Below, piece after piece: positions 47,506-59,090 of a stretch of DNA of 64,000 nucleotides (its first letter is position 1; the number at the start of each line of letters is the position of its first letter). The position numbers and the translations under genes are program-made. The notes under the pieces were generated by a model, which made no database searches, was not told where the DNA came from, and worked only from the letters and a program-made list of their open reading frames with translations. This stretch comes from Mobula hypostoma (taxonomy: Eukaryota), in contig NC_086097.1 in the NCBI RefSeq assembly GCF_963921235.1, forward strand, positions 244,840,001 to 244,904,000. The letters run 5' to 3'.

Positions 47506-49630
47506 AGAAACATAGAAAACCTACAGCACAATACAGGCCCTTCGGCCCACAATGCTGTGCCAGACATGTACGTACTTTAGAAATTACTTGGGTTACTCAT
47601 AGCCCTCTATTTTCGTAAACTCCTATTTAGGAATCTCTTAAAAGATCCTGTCGTATCTGCCTCCACCACCGTTGCCAGCAGCCCATTCCACGCACTCACC
47701 ACTCTCTGCGTAAAAAAAAAACAACTTACCCCTGACATCGCCACTGTACCTACTTCCAAGCACCTTAAACTGTGCCCACTTGTGTCAGCCATTTCATCCC
47801 TGGGAAAAAGCCTCTGACTATCCACACGATCAATGCCTCTCATCATCTTACACACCTCTATCAGGTCACCTCTCATCCTACGCAGCTCCAAGGAGAAAAG
47901 GAGAAAGACCTATTCTCAGGAGGCATGCTCCCCAATCCTGGCAACATCCTTGTAAATCTCCTCTGCACCCTTTCTATAGTTTCTACATCCTTCCTGTAGT
48001 GAGGTGACCAGAACTAAGTGCAGTACTACAAGTGGGGTCTGACCAGGGCCTTATACAGCTGTAACATTACTTCTCGGCTCTTAAACTGAATGCCATGGTT
48101 GGTGAAGGCCGATGCACTGTATGCCTTCTTAACCACAAAGTCAACCTACGTAGCAGCTTTGAGTGTCCTATGGACTCAAATCCCAAGATCCCTCTGATCC
48201 TCCAACTGCCAAGAATCTTATCATTAATACTATAGTCTGCCATCATATTTCACCTACCAAAATGAACCACCTCACACTTATCTGAGTTGAACTCCATCTG
48301 CCACTTCTGAGCCTAGTTTTGCATCCTATCGATGTCCAACTGTAACCTCTGACAGCCCTCCACACTATCCACAATACCCCCAAACTTTGCGTCATCAGCA
48401 AATTTACTAACCCATCCCTCCACTTCCTCATCCAGGTCATTTATAAAAAACACGAAGAGAAGGGGTCCCAGAACAGATCCCTGAGGCACACCTCTGGTCA
48501 CCGACCTCCATGCAGAATATGACACGTCTACAACACTCTTTGCCTTCTGTGAGCAAGCCCATTCTGGATTCACAAAGCAATGTCGCCTTGGATCCGAAGC
48601 CTCCTTACTTTCTCAATAAGCCTTGCCTGGGGTACCTTATCAAATGCCTTGCTGAAATCCATATACACTACATCTATGGCTCTACCTTCATCAATATGTT
48701 TAGTCACATCCTCAAAACATTCAATCAGGCTCGTAAGGCACGACCTGCCTTTGACAAAGCCATGCTGACTATTCCTAATCATATTATGCCTCTCCAAATG
48801 TTCTTAAATCCTGCCACTCAGGATCTTTTCCAACAGCTTACCAACCACTGAAGTAAGACTCACTGGTCTGTAATTTCCTAGGCTATCTCTACTCCCTTTC
48901 TCGATTAAGGGAACAACATCTGCAACCCTCCAATCCTCCGGAACCTCTCCCATCCCCATTGATGATACAAAGATCATTGCCAGAGGTTCAGCAATCTTCT
49001 CCCTCACCTCCCACAGTAGCCTGGGGTACATCTCAGCCCGTCCCGGAGACTTATCCAACTTGATGCTTTCCAAAAACTCCAGCACATCCTCTTTCTTAAT
49101 GTCTATATGCTCAAGCTTTTCAATCTGTTGAAAATCATCCCTACAATTGCCAAGATCCTTTTCCGTAGTGAATACTGAAGTAAGGTATTTATTCAGCATC
49201 TCTGCTATCTCCTCTGGTTCCATACATACTTCTCCACTGTCACACTTGATTGGTCCTATTCTCTCACGTCTTATTCTCTTGCTCTTCACATGTAGAATGC
49301 CTTAGAGTTTTCCTTAATCCTACTTGCCAAGGCCTTCTTGTGGCCCCTTCTGGCTCTCCTGATTTCATTCTTAACCTCCTTCGTGCTAGCCTTATAATCT
49401 TCTAGATCATTATTATTACCTAGTTTTTTAACCTTTTGTGAGCTTTTCTTCTTGACTAGATTTTCAGTCGCCTTTGTACACCATGGCTCCTGTACCCTAC
49501 CATCCTTTCTCTGTCTCATTGGAACATACCTATGCAGACCACTCAAATATCCCCTGAACATTTGCTACGTGTCTGCCATACATTTTCCTGAGAACATCTG
49601 TTCCCAATCTAAGCTTCCAAGTTCCTTTTT
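47506..49630 (-). mobile_element. CR1 LINE, same subfamily as 30200-32665
   Basis: Near-identical tail (tagaaacatagaaaacctacagcacaatacaggccc); ORF pieces with QHGF, YMDFSKAFD, GVPQGSVLGP, FADD. Confidence 0.93.
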
Positions 49631-49667
49631 GATAGGTAATAATAGAGATCTAGAAGATTATAAGGCT

Positions 49668-49903
49668 CTTTATTTCATCTCTCCCCCTTCAGGTTTCACC
49701 TATCATCTGGTGTTTCTCTCTTCCCTTCCCCCACCTTTTAAAGCTACCTTTCAGCTTTTTTTCTCCAGTCCTGCTGAAGGGCCTCAGCCCAAAATGTCGA
49801 CTGTATTTTTTTCCATAGATGCTGCCTGGCCTGCTGAGTTCCTCCAGCATTTTGTGTGTGTTGCTTGGATTTCCAGAATCTGCAGATTTTCTCTTTGTTT
49901 ATG
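49668..49903 (+). mobile_element. Penelope 3' tail fragment
   Basis: ccagtcctgctgaagggcctcagcccaaaatgtcgactg...ttccatagatgctgcctggcctgctgagttcctccagc. Confidence 0.78.
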
Positions 49904-51366
49904 ATCTGGAGGGCGTTGTTGGAATGTAGGGAGAATGGGAGTAATGTCAGAGTAATGTAGATGCGTGGTTGATTGGCAGCATGGATCTTTGGATGGGCTG
50001 AATGGTGTGTTTCTGTGCTCTATCTCTCTGTCTCTCTAACAGCTGTGAGCATAGCACATTTAACATCTCCTCTTAAAGATTGTTCAAATGTTATTTTTTT
50101 TACTCCTTAGGCATAATTGTCCATCATTGTTGTCTTCTGTCTCATAACAAAAGCTTGGCTGGACGTAGGAGCAGATTTAGGCCATTTGACCCATCAAGTC
50201 TTCCCCACCATTCCATCATGGCTGATTTATTATCCCTCTCAATCTATTCTCCTGCTTTCTCCGTGTGACCTATGAAGCCTTACCAATCAAGAACTTATCA
50301 GCCCCCGTTTTAACTATACCCAATGCCTCGGCCTCCACAGCCATGTATGGCAATGATTTCCAGAGATTCAGCATTCTCTGGCTAGAGGGATTTCTTAGAA
50401 AGAGTGTGGTGAGTGAAAGCTGTGAGTCAGTAACTTTTTATATGATGGACAGAGCATGGCAAGCCATCATTCATCGTCCATGCCTGGTTCTCTTTGAGCT
50501 GATAGTTGTGAGGTGCAATCCCTCTTCAGAGTGTACTCCCACACTTAATAGTTTGGGCATTTCTGGATTTAGACCCCACGACAAAAAAATGAACAATGAT
50601 GTGCTTAACTCCAGATAATATGCAACAAAGTGAAGACTATCTCAGAGAGATATTCCATGCACCAGCTGTGATTTGTCCTTTTTGTTAATAGAGCATGCAG
50701 TTCTGGGGGGTGTGGTAGAAGTTGCACTGTGGATTAACTGCAGTGCATTTTCTAGCGTCACCTTGCCTTGGAAACATACCGCTGTTCATTGATGGTCTTT
50801 GGGTCTAAGTCTTGGAGCTCACTACCCAACATCATGGTACAGTCGTGAAAAGGACGGCACCATTACCTTCTCCTGGCTCGAGACAGGCAACAAAAGCAGC
50901 ACTTTCAAATGATGCCTGCGTCTCAGCAAACGGATGTAAAACTGGAGATTATATTCTTTGGGAGATCCACTACAGATATTGATGCATTTGCGAGGACCTG
51001 CTTTATTATTGACAGTCACATTTTGCCCATCTTTTGAAAGACCATTTAAACCTGGGAAACTAGTATTTACCTGACATTTTAGAACAAAATGAGATAGGTG
51101 GTGGATGATAGACTGCTAAGGGATGAGCTTAGATTTAAATATTGAGTCATTGTGTTTTTACCATTTTTCAATAAAATCCTGTGCCAGAATTTGGTGTGAG
51201 CAAGCTTTTGCTGTTGGTCACTTATCTGCAAAGGCAGCTCTTCCAATCGCCACCTTTTTTGTTTCTGTTTTGACTGTTACTTTATAATTTTACTTGTCTA
51301 AAATAATAAATATTACTAATGAAACCATCTCATCATTCTGATTTTTCTTTCAAAAATTGCCTTCAG

Positions 51367-51390
51367 CTACTAGGAGACATGCGGAGTAAG
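51367..51390 (+). CDS. CLASP2: CLASP2 24-nt microexon, phase 0-0, LLGDMRSK
   Basis: aaaaattgccttcag|CTACTAGGAGACATGCGGAGTAAG|gtagaa; matches recalled CLASP LLGDxRxK microexon between ADAL and KKP. Confidence 0.9.
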
Positions 51391-52199
51391 GTAGAAATCT
51401 GTTTCTTTCCGTGACAATCTGAATAAGGAATTTGATGTAATCTTATATTCAAATTCAACATTATGAGTTGATGTTTAATATTGTGGTAACTTGAGATTGT
51501 TTATAGTGGGATTTAAAACCTTTAACTTGTACATAATCCTGTATCTTACCAAAATCCTATCATGGTATATCAGTTACTACTGCAAGGTCACAAGAGATAT
51601 TGTTCATAGATACTTATAGCACTTTGCCATTGATGGCAAAGCTGAAAAATATTATCTATCTATAATGATGTTAACTTGCGATTGACAGCCATGCAGGTAT
51701 TGGAATTTATTTCATACTCTTCCAGTGAACTATACAGTTGCATTGCTATACCCAGCCATGACCTGATTGTTGGCAAGGTTCACTTGTCAAGTCTAGTTCC
51801 ATCCTTGCATTCTTACCAAAAGTTATATATATTTGGTGTGTTTTCAAGCAAACTTCTTTCTGACATTAGCAAGTTTTTTTTTAAATCTACTTTTTCTGTG
51901 AAGGGTGATATCAGTATCACTGATGTGAGAAGAAAGCTTATAAAACAGCAATCATCTAGGAAAACATTAATTTTACATCAGGTGTGACAGGTAAAAGTTC
52001 AGAATGATGATTCCTTAGAATTAGACAGAAAGGACCTGAGCATTTTCCAATGACCTGGATTCTGAGATTTACAAGGAACAATTAATTTTTTTGCAATGAC
52101 AATTAGTTTAAATTAATTTCAGCACATGGGTAATTAGACTGTGAAGCTAAAAGGTAACAGCTAAACAGTATAGCTCATTTTAACTGATTTCTTATTTTA

Positions 52200-52995
52200 T
52201 TAAAGTTCAAAGTAAATATTATCGAAGTACATGCATGTCACCATATACTACCATGAGATTCATTTTCTTGCAGACATTTACAGTACATACAACGAAACAC
52301 AAAAGAACCAATGAAAAACCGCACACAACAAAGATGGATAAACCAATGTGCAAAATAAACCAAACTGTGCAATTACATCAAAGAAAAAGAAAACAAAATA
52401 ATAATAATAAATAAATAAATAAATAAGCAATGAGTATTGAGAATGTGAGATTGTAGAGTCCTTGAAAGTGAGGCAATAGGTTATGGAATCAGTTCAGAGT
52501 TGGGATGGGTGAAGTTATCCCCTTTGGTTCAAGAGCTTTACGGTTGAGGGGTAATAACTGTTATTAAATCTGCTGTACATCCTTCCTCATGGCACCAGTG
52601 AGAAAAGAGAGTATGATCTGGATAGTGGGGGTCCTTGATGATTGATGCTTTCCTGCAAAGTGCTCCTCGTAGATGTACTCAGTGGTGGAGAAGGCTTTAC
52701 CCATGATGGACTGGGCTAGTATCTGCCACTTTTTGCAGGCTTTTCCATTCAAGGGCATTGCTGTTCCAGTACTAGGCCATGATACAACCAGTCAGTATAC
52801 TTCCTTCGCACACCTATAGAAGTTTGTCAAAGTCTTAGATGGCATACCAAATCTTCGCAACAGTAGAGGTACTGCTGTGCCTTCTTTGTAATGACACGTG
52901 TGTTGGACCCAGGACAGATCCTCTGAAATGATAACGCTAAGGAATATAAAGTTGCTGACTCTCTCCACTTCTGATCCCCTAATGAGGACTGGCTC
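52200..52995 (-). mobile_element. Rex1/Babar-type LINE 3' fragment (related 3'UTR copy at ~46320-46600)
   Basis: Shared aagttcaaagtaaat...agagtccttgaaagtgag sequence; degraded RT C-terminal coding. Confidence 0.55.
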
Positions 52996-53244
52996 AGTGA
53001 GAAGTTGTTATTGTACCATCATTCATGCCTGATCCTTTAAATGCAGAATTAAAAGTGTATCAGTTTAATAGTAAATATATCTGATAGATTAAACAAATAT
53101 TCAAGCATCTATTTTTGGTAATTGTTGAAGTGAATTTGTTAGCACTGGACAGTAAATTGTGATTCAGTCTTAATGGAAAGAAGTGTAAGTTTATTCTTTG
53201 TCTTTGAAACTTGAATTAGTCTGTTACGTACTATTACATTACAG

Positions 53245-53489
53245 AAAAAGCCAACAAGGAAAAGGTATGAATCATATGGAATATACTCAGATGATGATGC
53301 CAACAGTGATGCATCCAGCGTTTGCTCTGAGCGTTCCTACAGTTCTCGAAATGGCAGCATCCCTACCTACATGCGACAGACTGAAGATGTAGCCGAGGTC
53401 CTCAACCGTTGTGCAAGCACCAATTTTTCTGAAAGGAAAGAGGGCCTTCTAGGTTTACAAAATTTGTTGAAAAATCAACGAACATTAAG
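53245..53489 (+). CDS. CLASP2: CLASP2 245-nt exon, phase 0-2, acidic linker and start of TOG3
   Basis: attacag|AAA AAG CCA ... ACA TTA AG|gtacaa; KKPTRKRYESYGIYSDDDANSDASSVCSERSYSSRNGSIPTYMRQTEDVAEVLNRCASTNFSERKEGLLGLQNLLKNQRTL. Confidence 0.97.
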
Positions 53490-53570
53490 GTACAAACCAT
53501 AATCAAGCATACATTATGTTTACAAGTTGTGTTGTCCTTTTTGCTGATATAAAATTATTCTCTTCCACAG

Positions 53571-53634
53571 TCGTGTTGAATTAAAACGATTATGTGAAAT
53601 CTTCACAAGGATGTTTGCTGATCCTCATAGCAAG
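53571..53634 (+). CDS. CLASP2: CLASP2 64-nt exon, phase 2-0, (S)RVELKRLCEIFTRMFADPHSK
   Basis: ttctcttccacag acceptor after an 81-nt intron, gtatgc donor; highly conserved CLASP TOG3 peptide. Confidence 0.97.
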
Positions 53635-54029
53635 GTATGCCAGGGTATTTTTGCTTACTTTTTCCATCAATTAGCTCAAGAATATAATTAGAATTCTTTA
53701 AAAAAAAAATTGTTTTTTTATTTTTGCCAGTGATACTCTTTTCAAAGCAAGTGACAATTTTTACTTTGAGTTTTTTAGTGTTTACCAATTTTAGTTGCAA
53801 ATAGCTCACCTGATACTTATGCCAGTTGTTTATCATCCATAAATTGCATTCTGCTTTTCCCTTCTCTCCGCCCACTTGCCTTTCTTTCACTAGAAAGTTT
53901 CCAGCTTTCAAGATTAATTTACACAATAAATTAGATTTCTTAATGGCACTTTCCTGTGTTTTCAATTCTTCACCTAATTGTACTTAAGAAACAACAAATA
54001 CTTCATTATTTTTTTACAAGAAGAAGTCA

Positions 54030-54150
54030 CTCTGGCTTCTTCCCCCTTCCTTTCCAGTCCTGATGAAGGGTTTCGGCCTGAAGCATCAACTCCTCTCCAT
54101 AGATGCTGCCTGACTTGCTGGGTTCTTCCAGCACATTGTGTGTGTGTTCC
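54030..54150 (+). mobile_element. Penelope 3' tail fragment
   Basis: ccagtcctgatgaagggtttcggcctgaagcatc...atagatgctgcctgac. Confidence 0.72.
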
Positions 54151-56664
54151 TCAATTTTTTTTTTTACAGGATTTGATTACTATCATTATTAATTTTTCAG
54201 AATGTAAGATTTTATTTAAAGATTTTAAGATGTACAAGATTTAAATGCTGATGAAAAGAATATTTGTTGATTGAATTATTTCTATTTATTGCAGAATCAT
54301 ATAGTTTCAGAACTTTTGAAAATTTAATGCTGTACTCCAATCAAAACATAGTAATTGATGTAATTCATTTTGGATGTCTGTCTATTCTGACAGAGTAAAC
54401 CTAATTTAATTCTGATTCCTTGCTACTATTAACTGAATAAATGCTAAGGACAAATGGTATTGTTCCTCTTTCTCTGGTACAGATATTTAAAGAAAAAATA
54501 TTCAAATTTTATATTTTGTTAACTGAAAGTAATATTTATAGCACAGTAAGTATCTCAATGTTGATTGCAAAACAAATTCAACAAATCCAATTGTTAGAAC
54601 AATTGTACAGTAGGATGAAAACAACCCAGTAATAATTCAAATATTCTAGTGCTCCATGTCATCTCATTGTTTCATTCCAGTGACCTCCTAATGATGCAGT
54701 AACTACCCAGACTGACAAGACAAACAACAAACTGGATAGTTTCTTTAAGACATTTGAGCACACTGGCATTAGGACATTACCTCACACTTTTCCTGAGTGG
54801 AAGAACTTCCTTTGAAAAACTTTCTTAACATATTTGACTCTTTGGGACTCAACCATTACCGAATTGAAGTATCATCACCCCTGAATCAGTAGCCTGTGCA
54901 TTCCATGTCAGAAACTTGAGCACATAATTCAGGCCAGCACTGAGTAATTCTGTACTGACTAACGTATTTCAGATGGGAATTTGTATCAAGGCTTTGTTGT
55001 CTTGGGTCAGTGCATAGTTTGAGGAAAATCAAGGGAGTTCTTCCTGGTTGCCTGGCAAATAGTTATACACACCATCACACATCAGTGAATTAGATTATTC
55101 AGCCATTATTTTTTCCTGATTGTGGGGTTCTGTATTAAGCAATATTGATGACTTTATTTCCTATAATTATGCCATTGATGCATTTCTTCTTCCATTTGTT
55201 CTGGGCTACTTTGTTCTCACACTGGGTGGGCTTAGGTTTTTCAGTGCCATCTGAGTGCTCCTTTTGCATTTTCAGTGGTCAAGGTCCAAGAATTCCCAAT
55301 GAATCAATGGGGGTTTACACCTTTTTAAAGAGACTTGAAGAACATTCTTGAATCTTCCTTTGTCTATCTAATCATTTTCTGGTGTGACAGAGTTTACAAT
55401 AGCACCTCTATTTTGAAAGCCTTTTCACAGGTTCTTATTATGATATTTCCTTGGCCACATGAGAAGTCCTATATTAATGTGTTTTCATTCATTTCATTCA
55501 GTCATTTCTTTTTGCTAATGGACCTTAGCTTTCCTCAAGTGCAGAAAGTTGCCTCCTGAGTGAGTTATCTGCTGGTTTTATTCTGCATATTGCTACTACC
55601 AAACAAAGTGTCAATAAATGATCAGGAGATTCTGGTTTCTGTATGTTTTGTGTGACCTTCGTCTTTATGAAATTCATATTCAGAAGGTCTCTCAAATTGG
55701 TAAGTTGACCCAGTGATGTATGAGAATTTTTCCACATGTAGAGTTTAATTGTGAGTCCAGTGCTGGGAAGCATCAAATTAATATGCACAAGCTGGACAGA
55801 ACAGCGATGATCCTTGATGGTGGAGTGCTGAATTTTTTCTTATTATAAGCATTAAGTTTTTTAATTTTTTTGAGAGTGCTAGTCAGCTAAAGTAATCTGT
55901 AACCTGAGCATAGAAACATTTGCTTGGGAATCTTACTGACTTAACATTTTAACAACAGTAATGCTTCGCCAGCAGTATCTACAATGTCCTCCAAATTCAC
56001 TGGATGAGTAAGTGAAGCACCATCAGAATACTCTCTAGAACTAACATCCCTAGTATTAAGGCCCTAGTTACACTCAGTAATATTAGTCAGGCCCAGTATT
56101 AAGGCACTGAAAGACACTTGACTTTGAACTCTTGCTGAAAAAGATTACTAGGTCAATAGAGGAGAAGGTTCCAAGAACTGCTCAAAACTTCACTGAAAAA
56201 ATGTACCAGTCTGATGAACTGTTGGAAGTCTCTGGCTGATGACTGCCAGAGAAGGAACGAAAGAGCACAGGATGGTATTGAGAGGTCATGTGTAAGTGGC
56301 AGAAGGAATGGACAGATTCCCTTCTTGGATACCACAAAATCAAAGTGGAAGCAGGTCATCTTGATCCTGAAGTACTGCCAAAGAAGAAGAAAAAGAATCC
56401 ATTACATCTCTTAAAATTCTGTAGGACTAGCTACTACATTTGCAGAACAAGTATTTGTGCTAATGTTCTTCTTTGGTCATGTTGTAACGAGAGCTCAGCA
56501 TGGAGAAAATGTGTCATTTTGCCCAGTGAATTAGCATATTTGTAGTTGATATTGACTTTGACTGCCTTCTCCCAAACTCAGCAAACCAGTCTTCGCACTG
56601 CTTCGTCAGAAACATTCCCACAGAGAATCAGTCGGCAAATTTTCAGGGATGCTTTGAAAGCTTC

Positions 56665-56856
56665 TGGGTGGTATGATAGCATAGTGGGTTAGTGTGACAC
56701 AATTACAGCTCGGAGTTCAATTCCAGCATATTTGTAAGGAGTTTGTATGTTCTCCCCATGACTGCATGGGTATTCTCTAGGTGCTGTGGTTTCCTGCTAC
56801 AGTCCAAAGATCTGCCGTATAGTAGGTAACTGGTCATTGTAAATTGTCCTGTGATT
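56665..56856 (+). mobile_element. V-SINE / HE1-like SINE fragment
   Basis: ggagttcaattcc...gtaaggagtttgtatgttctccccatgactgcatggg. Confidence 0.7.
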
Positions 56857-57059
56857 TTGATTTTCATTTACAATGCACAGTGAAGGAAAATGGGGACTGC
56901 AAGTTCAAAGCAGTGACAAATGATTGCAAAAATTATTCAAATCTATTTAAAGCTAAAAATAAAAATATTTCTTTGTTTAATTACAATTTTCATCAACAGT
57001 TTTAAAATGTACATAGTAGTCCAGCTGTTCACGACATTGCTTTTTTTTTTAACCATTCA

Positions 57060-59090
57060 ATGAAATGAATGGGCTTGTTGCAGTGATACCGGCTTTGCAA
57101 CATCAGGTTTGATGTCAATCAGGAGTCTTAGATCCTCACGTTCAGTAATTTGCAGTCTGTTTCATTGTTTTGAAAGAAGTTGGGCAACTCCACTCAAGCT
57201 GTAAGATGATGTTAGAAAGGCAATAAAGAACATCTTGGCCTTTTTCCGTAGCACAGGATAGCGTTCAGAGATTTCTTTCTGCAACCAAAAGTCTTTATAT
57301 GATTTTTTTGAACTTGGGGTCAGCTCAAACTCATTTTGTAGTGAGACCAGTTCTTCCTCCATCCTTCCTCTTAATTCCTCATTACAAGTGTTCAGGAATG
57401 GATTTATTATCCTGTCTAGAATTTGGATCAAGAGAAAATCCTGAAATCTCTCTGACATGTCTTTATGCAGCTCACCCAGGTGGACACAGTATACTTGAAG
57501 ATCATCATCTTGTATTCTTTCTTTCTCTTCCAACTCAGAGAGGCTCAGAAACTGGAACATGATGGCCAATGTTGCAATTAACTTGGACAGAAATGTGGAG
57601 ACGACTGATTTAGCTTTGATAAGATTCACATGCTAATGAAGATGGTTGAGTTTGTCATTGAAACGTCGGTTATAATCGATACCTATACCTGGCTGGAAGC
57701 CCAAGGAGAGTTTATTCGTCATATATGTCGGGAAACCACTGGATCCTTTTTCAAGATTCACATCATTTTTCTTGCAATTGAAGATTGATTTCAGTAAACT
57801 ATATGATTAGTTCTGACACATAAGCAATGTCATGTCTAATATTCTTAACTTGATTACTGAAAGAAAAATTTAAATCTTCAAAGAATTTTAATTTTGAAAC
57901 TTCACAGTTTCAAAAAGCGCATAGAAGTGTCTCAGCCAGTTTCCTTTTGAGAACCACCTGACTTCTGTGTGCAATAGCAAGCATTGTACCTGTTCATCAT
58001 TTTCAATATAAAGCTCTCAAAATAGTCCAGAATTAAGTGCATTGGACTTGATTTTGTTCACCACTGATAACAGTATTTAATGATTTGTACAGCCAATCAC
58101 TTAATTTTTTTTGTGACAAGATGTCAGTGAATTACACATGTAAATATGTTTGGTGCAACTTTTTTTGAAGAAAATAATAATCCCACAGAGGTGTTCTTTT
58201 ATTGATGGAGCCCCATCAGTTGCACAAGCAAGAATGTTTGTGATCAGAATGCCCTTCTCTTTGAAAAATTGCTCAACAGCCGGAAATATTGACACCCCTT
58301 TGGTATCTATTTTAAGTCCTCATGCAAATAACAACTCTTAAACTATGCTTTCATCTTTAATGAACATAGCCAAGAAGTAAAGATTCGTTGCTTGGCAAAG
58401 TTGATTCATCCAAATGCAGAGCAAATTCTGTTGTCCTAAGTATGTTGCACAAGAACGTTCCACATTCTTAGGCGTTTCATCTATTTGTCTTTGAACTGTG
58501 TTGTCATTGAGAAGAATAGCTTGAATTATTTGCTGTGGTGACTTATGTAAAACTGAAGTCAGAACCTCCCTAACTGCTGGCAGAACCAATTCTTCTCCAA
58601 TTGTATGGGGCTTTCCAGATTTAACAGTGAGGAATGAAACATTGTATGAAGCACACAAGCCATCACTATTTTGTTGTGAAGTGCTGGCAAACATATTCTG
58701 AAGTGTTTTCTGTTTCTGAAAGTTTTCACAAAATGACTAAAAATAAGTCAATTTCTTGTTCACTTTATCTGAATGTATTATCTTCAAATGTTCAAGGAAC
58801 CTGGATGGTTTCATTAACTCATTTGAAAAAATCTTTTTTACACAGCAGATACATTGCCATACTTATAAAGCTTCTGGGCACCATGGTAGCATAGCTGTCA
58901 GCATGACACTATTGTAGCTTGGGATATTTAGAGTTCAATTCTGGCTCCATCTGTAAGGAATTTGTACGTTCTCCCCATGCTATCCATATTTCAGATGCTC
59001 TGCGCTATAGTGTTTACATTTCTTTTTTGTCTGGTCTGCTTCTGCCATTCTTGTTATGGATTAATGACCACGGTCAATTGCCTATTTTTA
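57060..59090 (-). pseudogene. hAT (Charlie/Buster, SCAND3/ZBED-like) transposase relic
   Basis: Fragments ASYNVSFLTVKSGKPHTIGEELVLPA, ACATDGAPS, DFWLQKEISERYPVL, broken by frameshifts and a SINE insertion at ~58878-58980. Confidence 0.85.

Larger units (their letters stand above)
15126..53634 (+). other. CLASP2: CLASP2 (CLIP-associating protein 2) gene, internal part: 11 coding exons covering the S/R-rich SxIP linker and start of TOG3; gene continues beyond both window edges
   Basis: Exons splice in frame to ...DDASDKADGTTCESGRIR...SRGRSRTKVVSQSQ...SRSGSPGRVLNSTALST...KRSKIPRSQGCSREASPSRLS...[14 protein letters not shown]...SRHHSRSTGALY...SVSAMRVLNTGSDVEEAVADAL...YSDDDANSDASSVCSERSYSSRNGSIPTYMRQTEDVAEVLNRC...RVELKRLCEIFTRMFADPHSK, matching CLASP2 as recalled (SGSPGRVL, SREASPSRLS, NGSIPTYMRQ are CLASP2-type). 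Confidence 0.92.

Noticed and set aside
57162..58694. Domesticated ZBED/SCAND3-like gene
   Set aside because: Multiple frameshifts and stops plus a SINE insertion indicate a neutrally decaying transposon copy.
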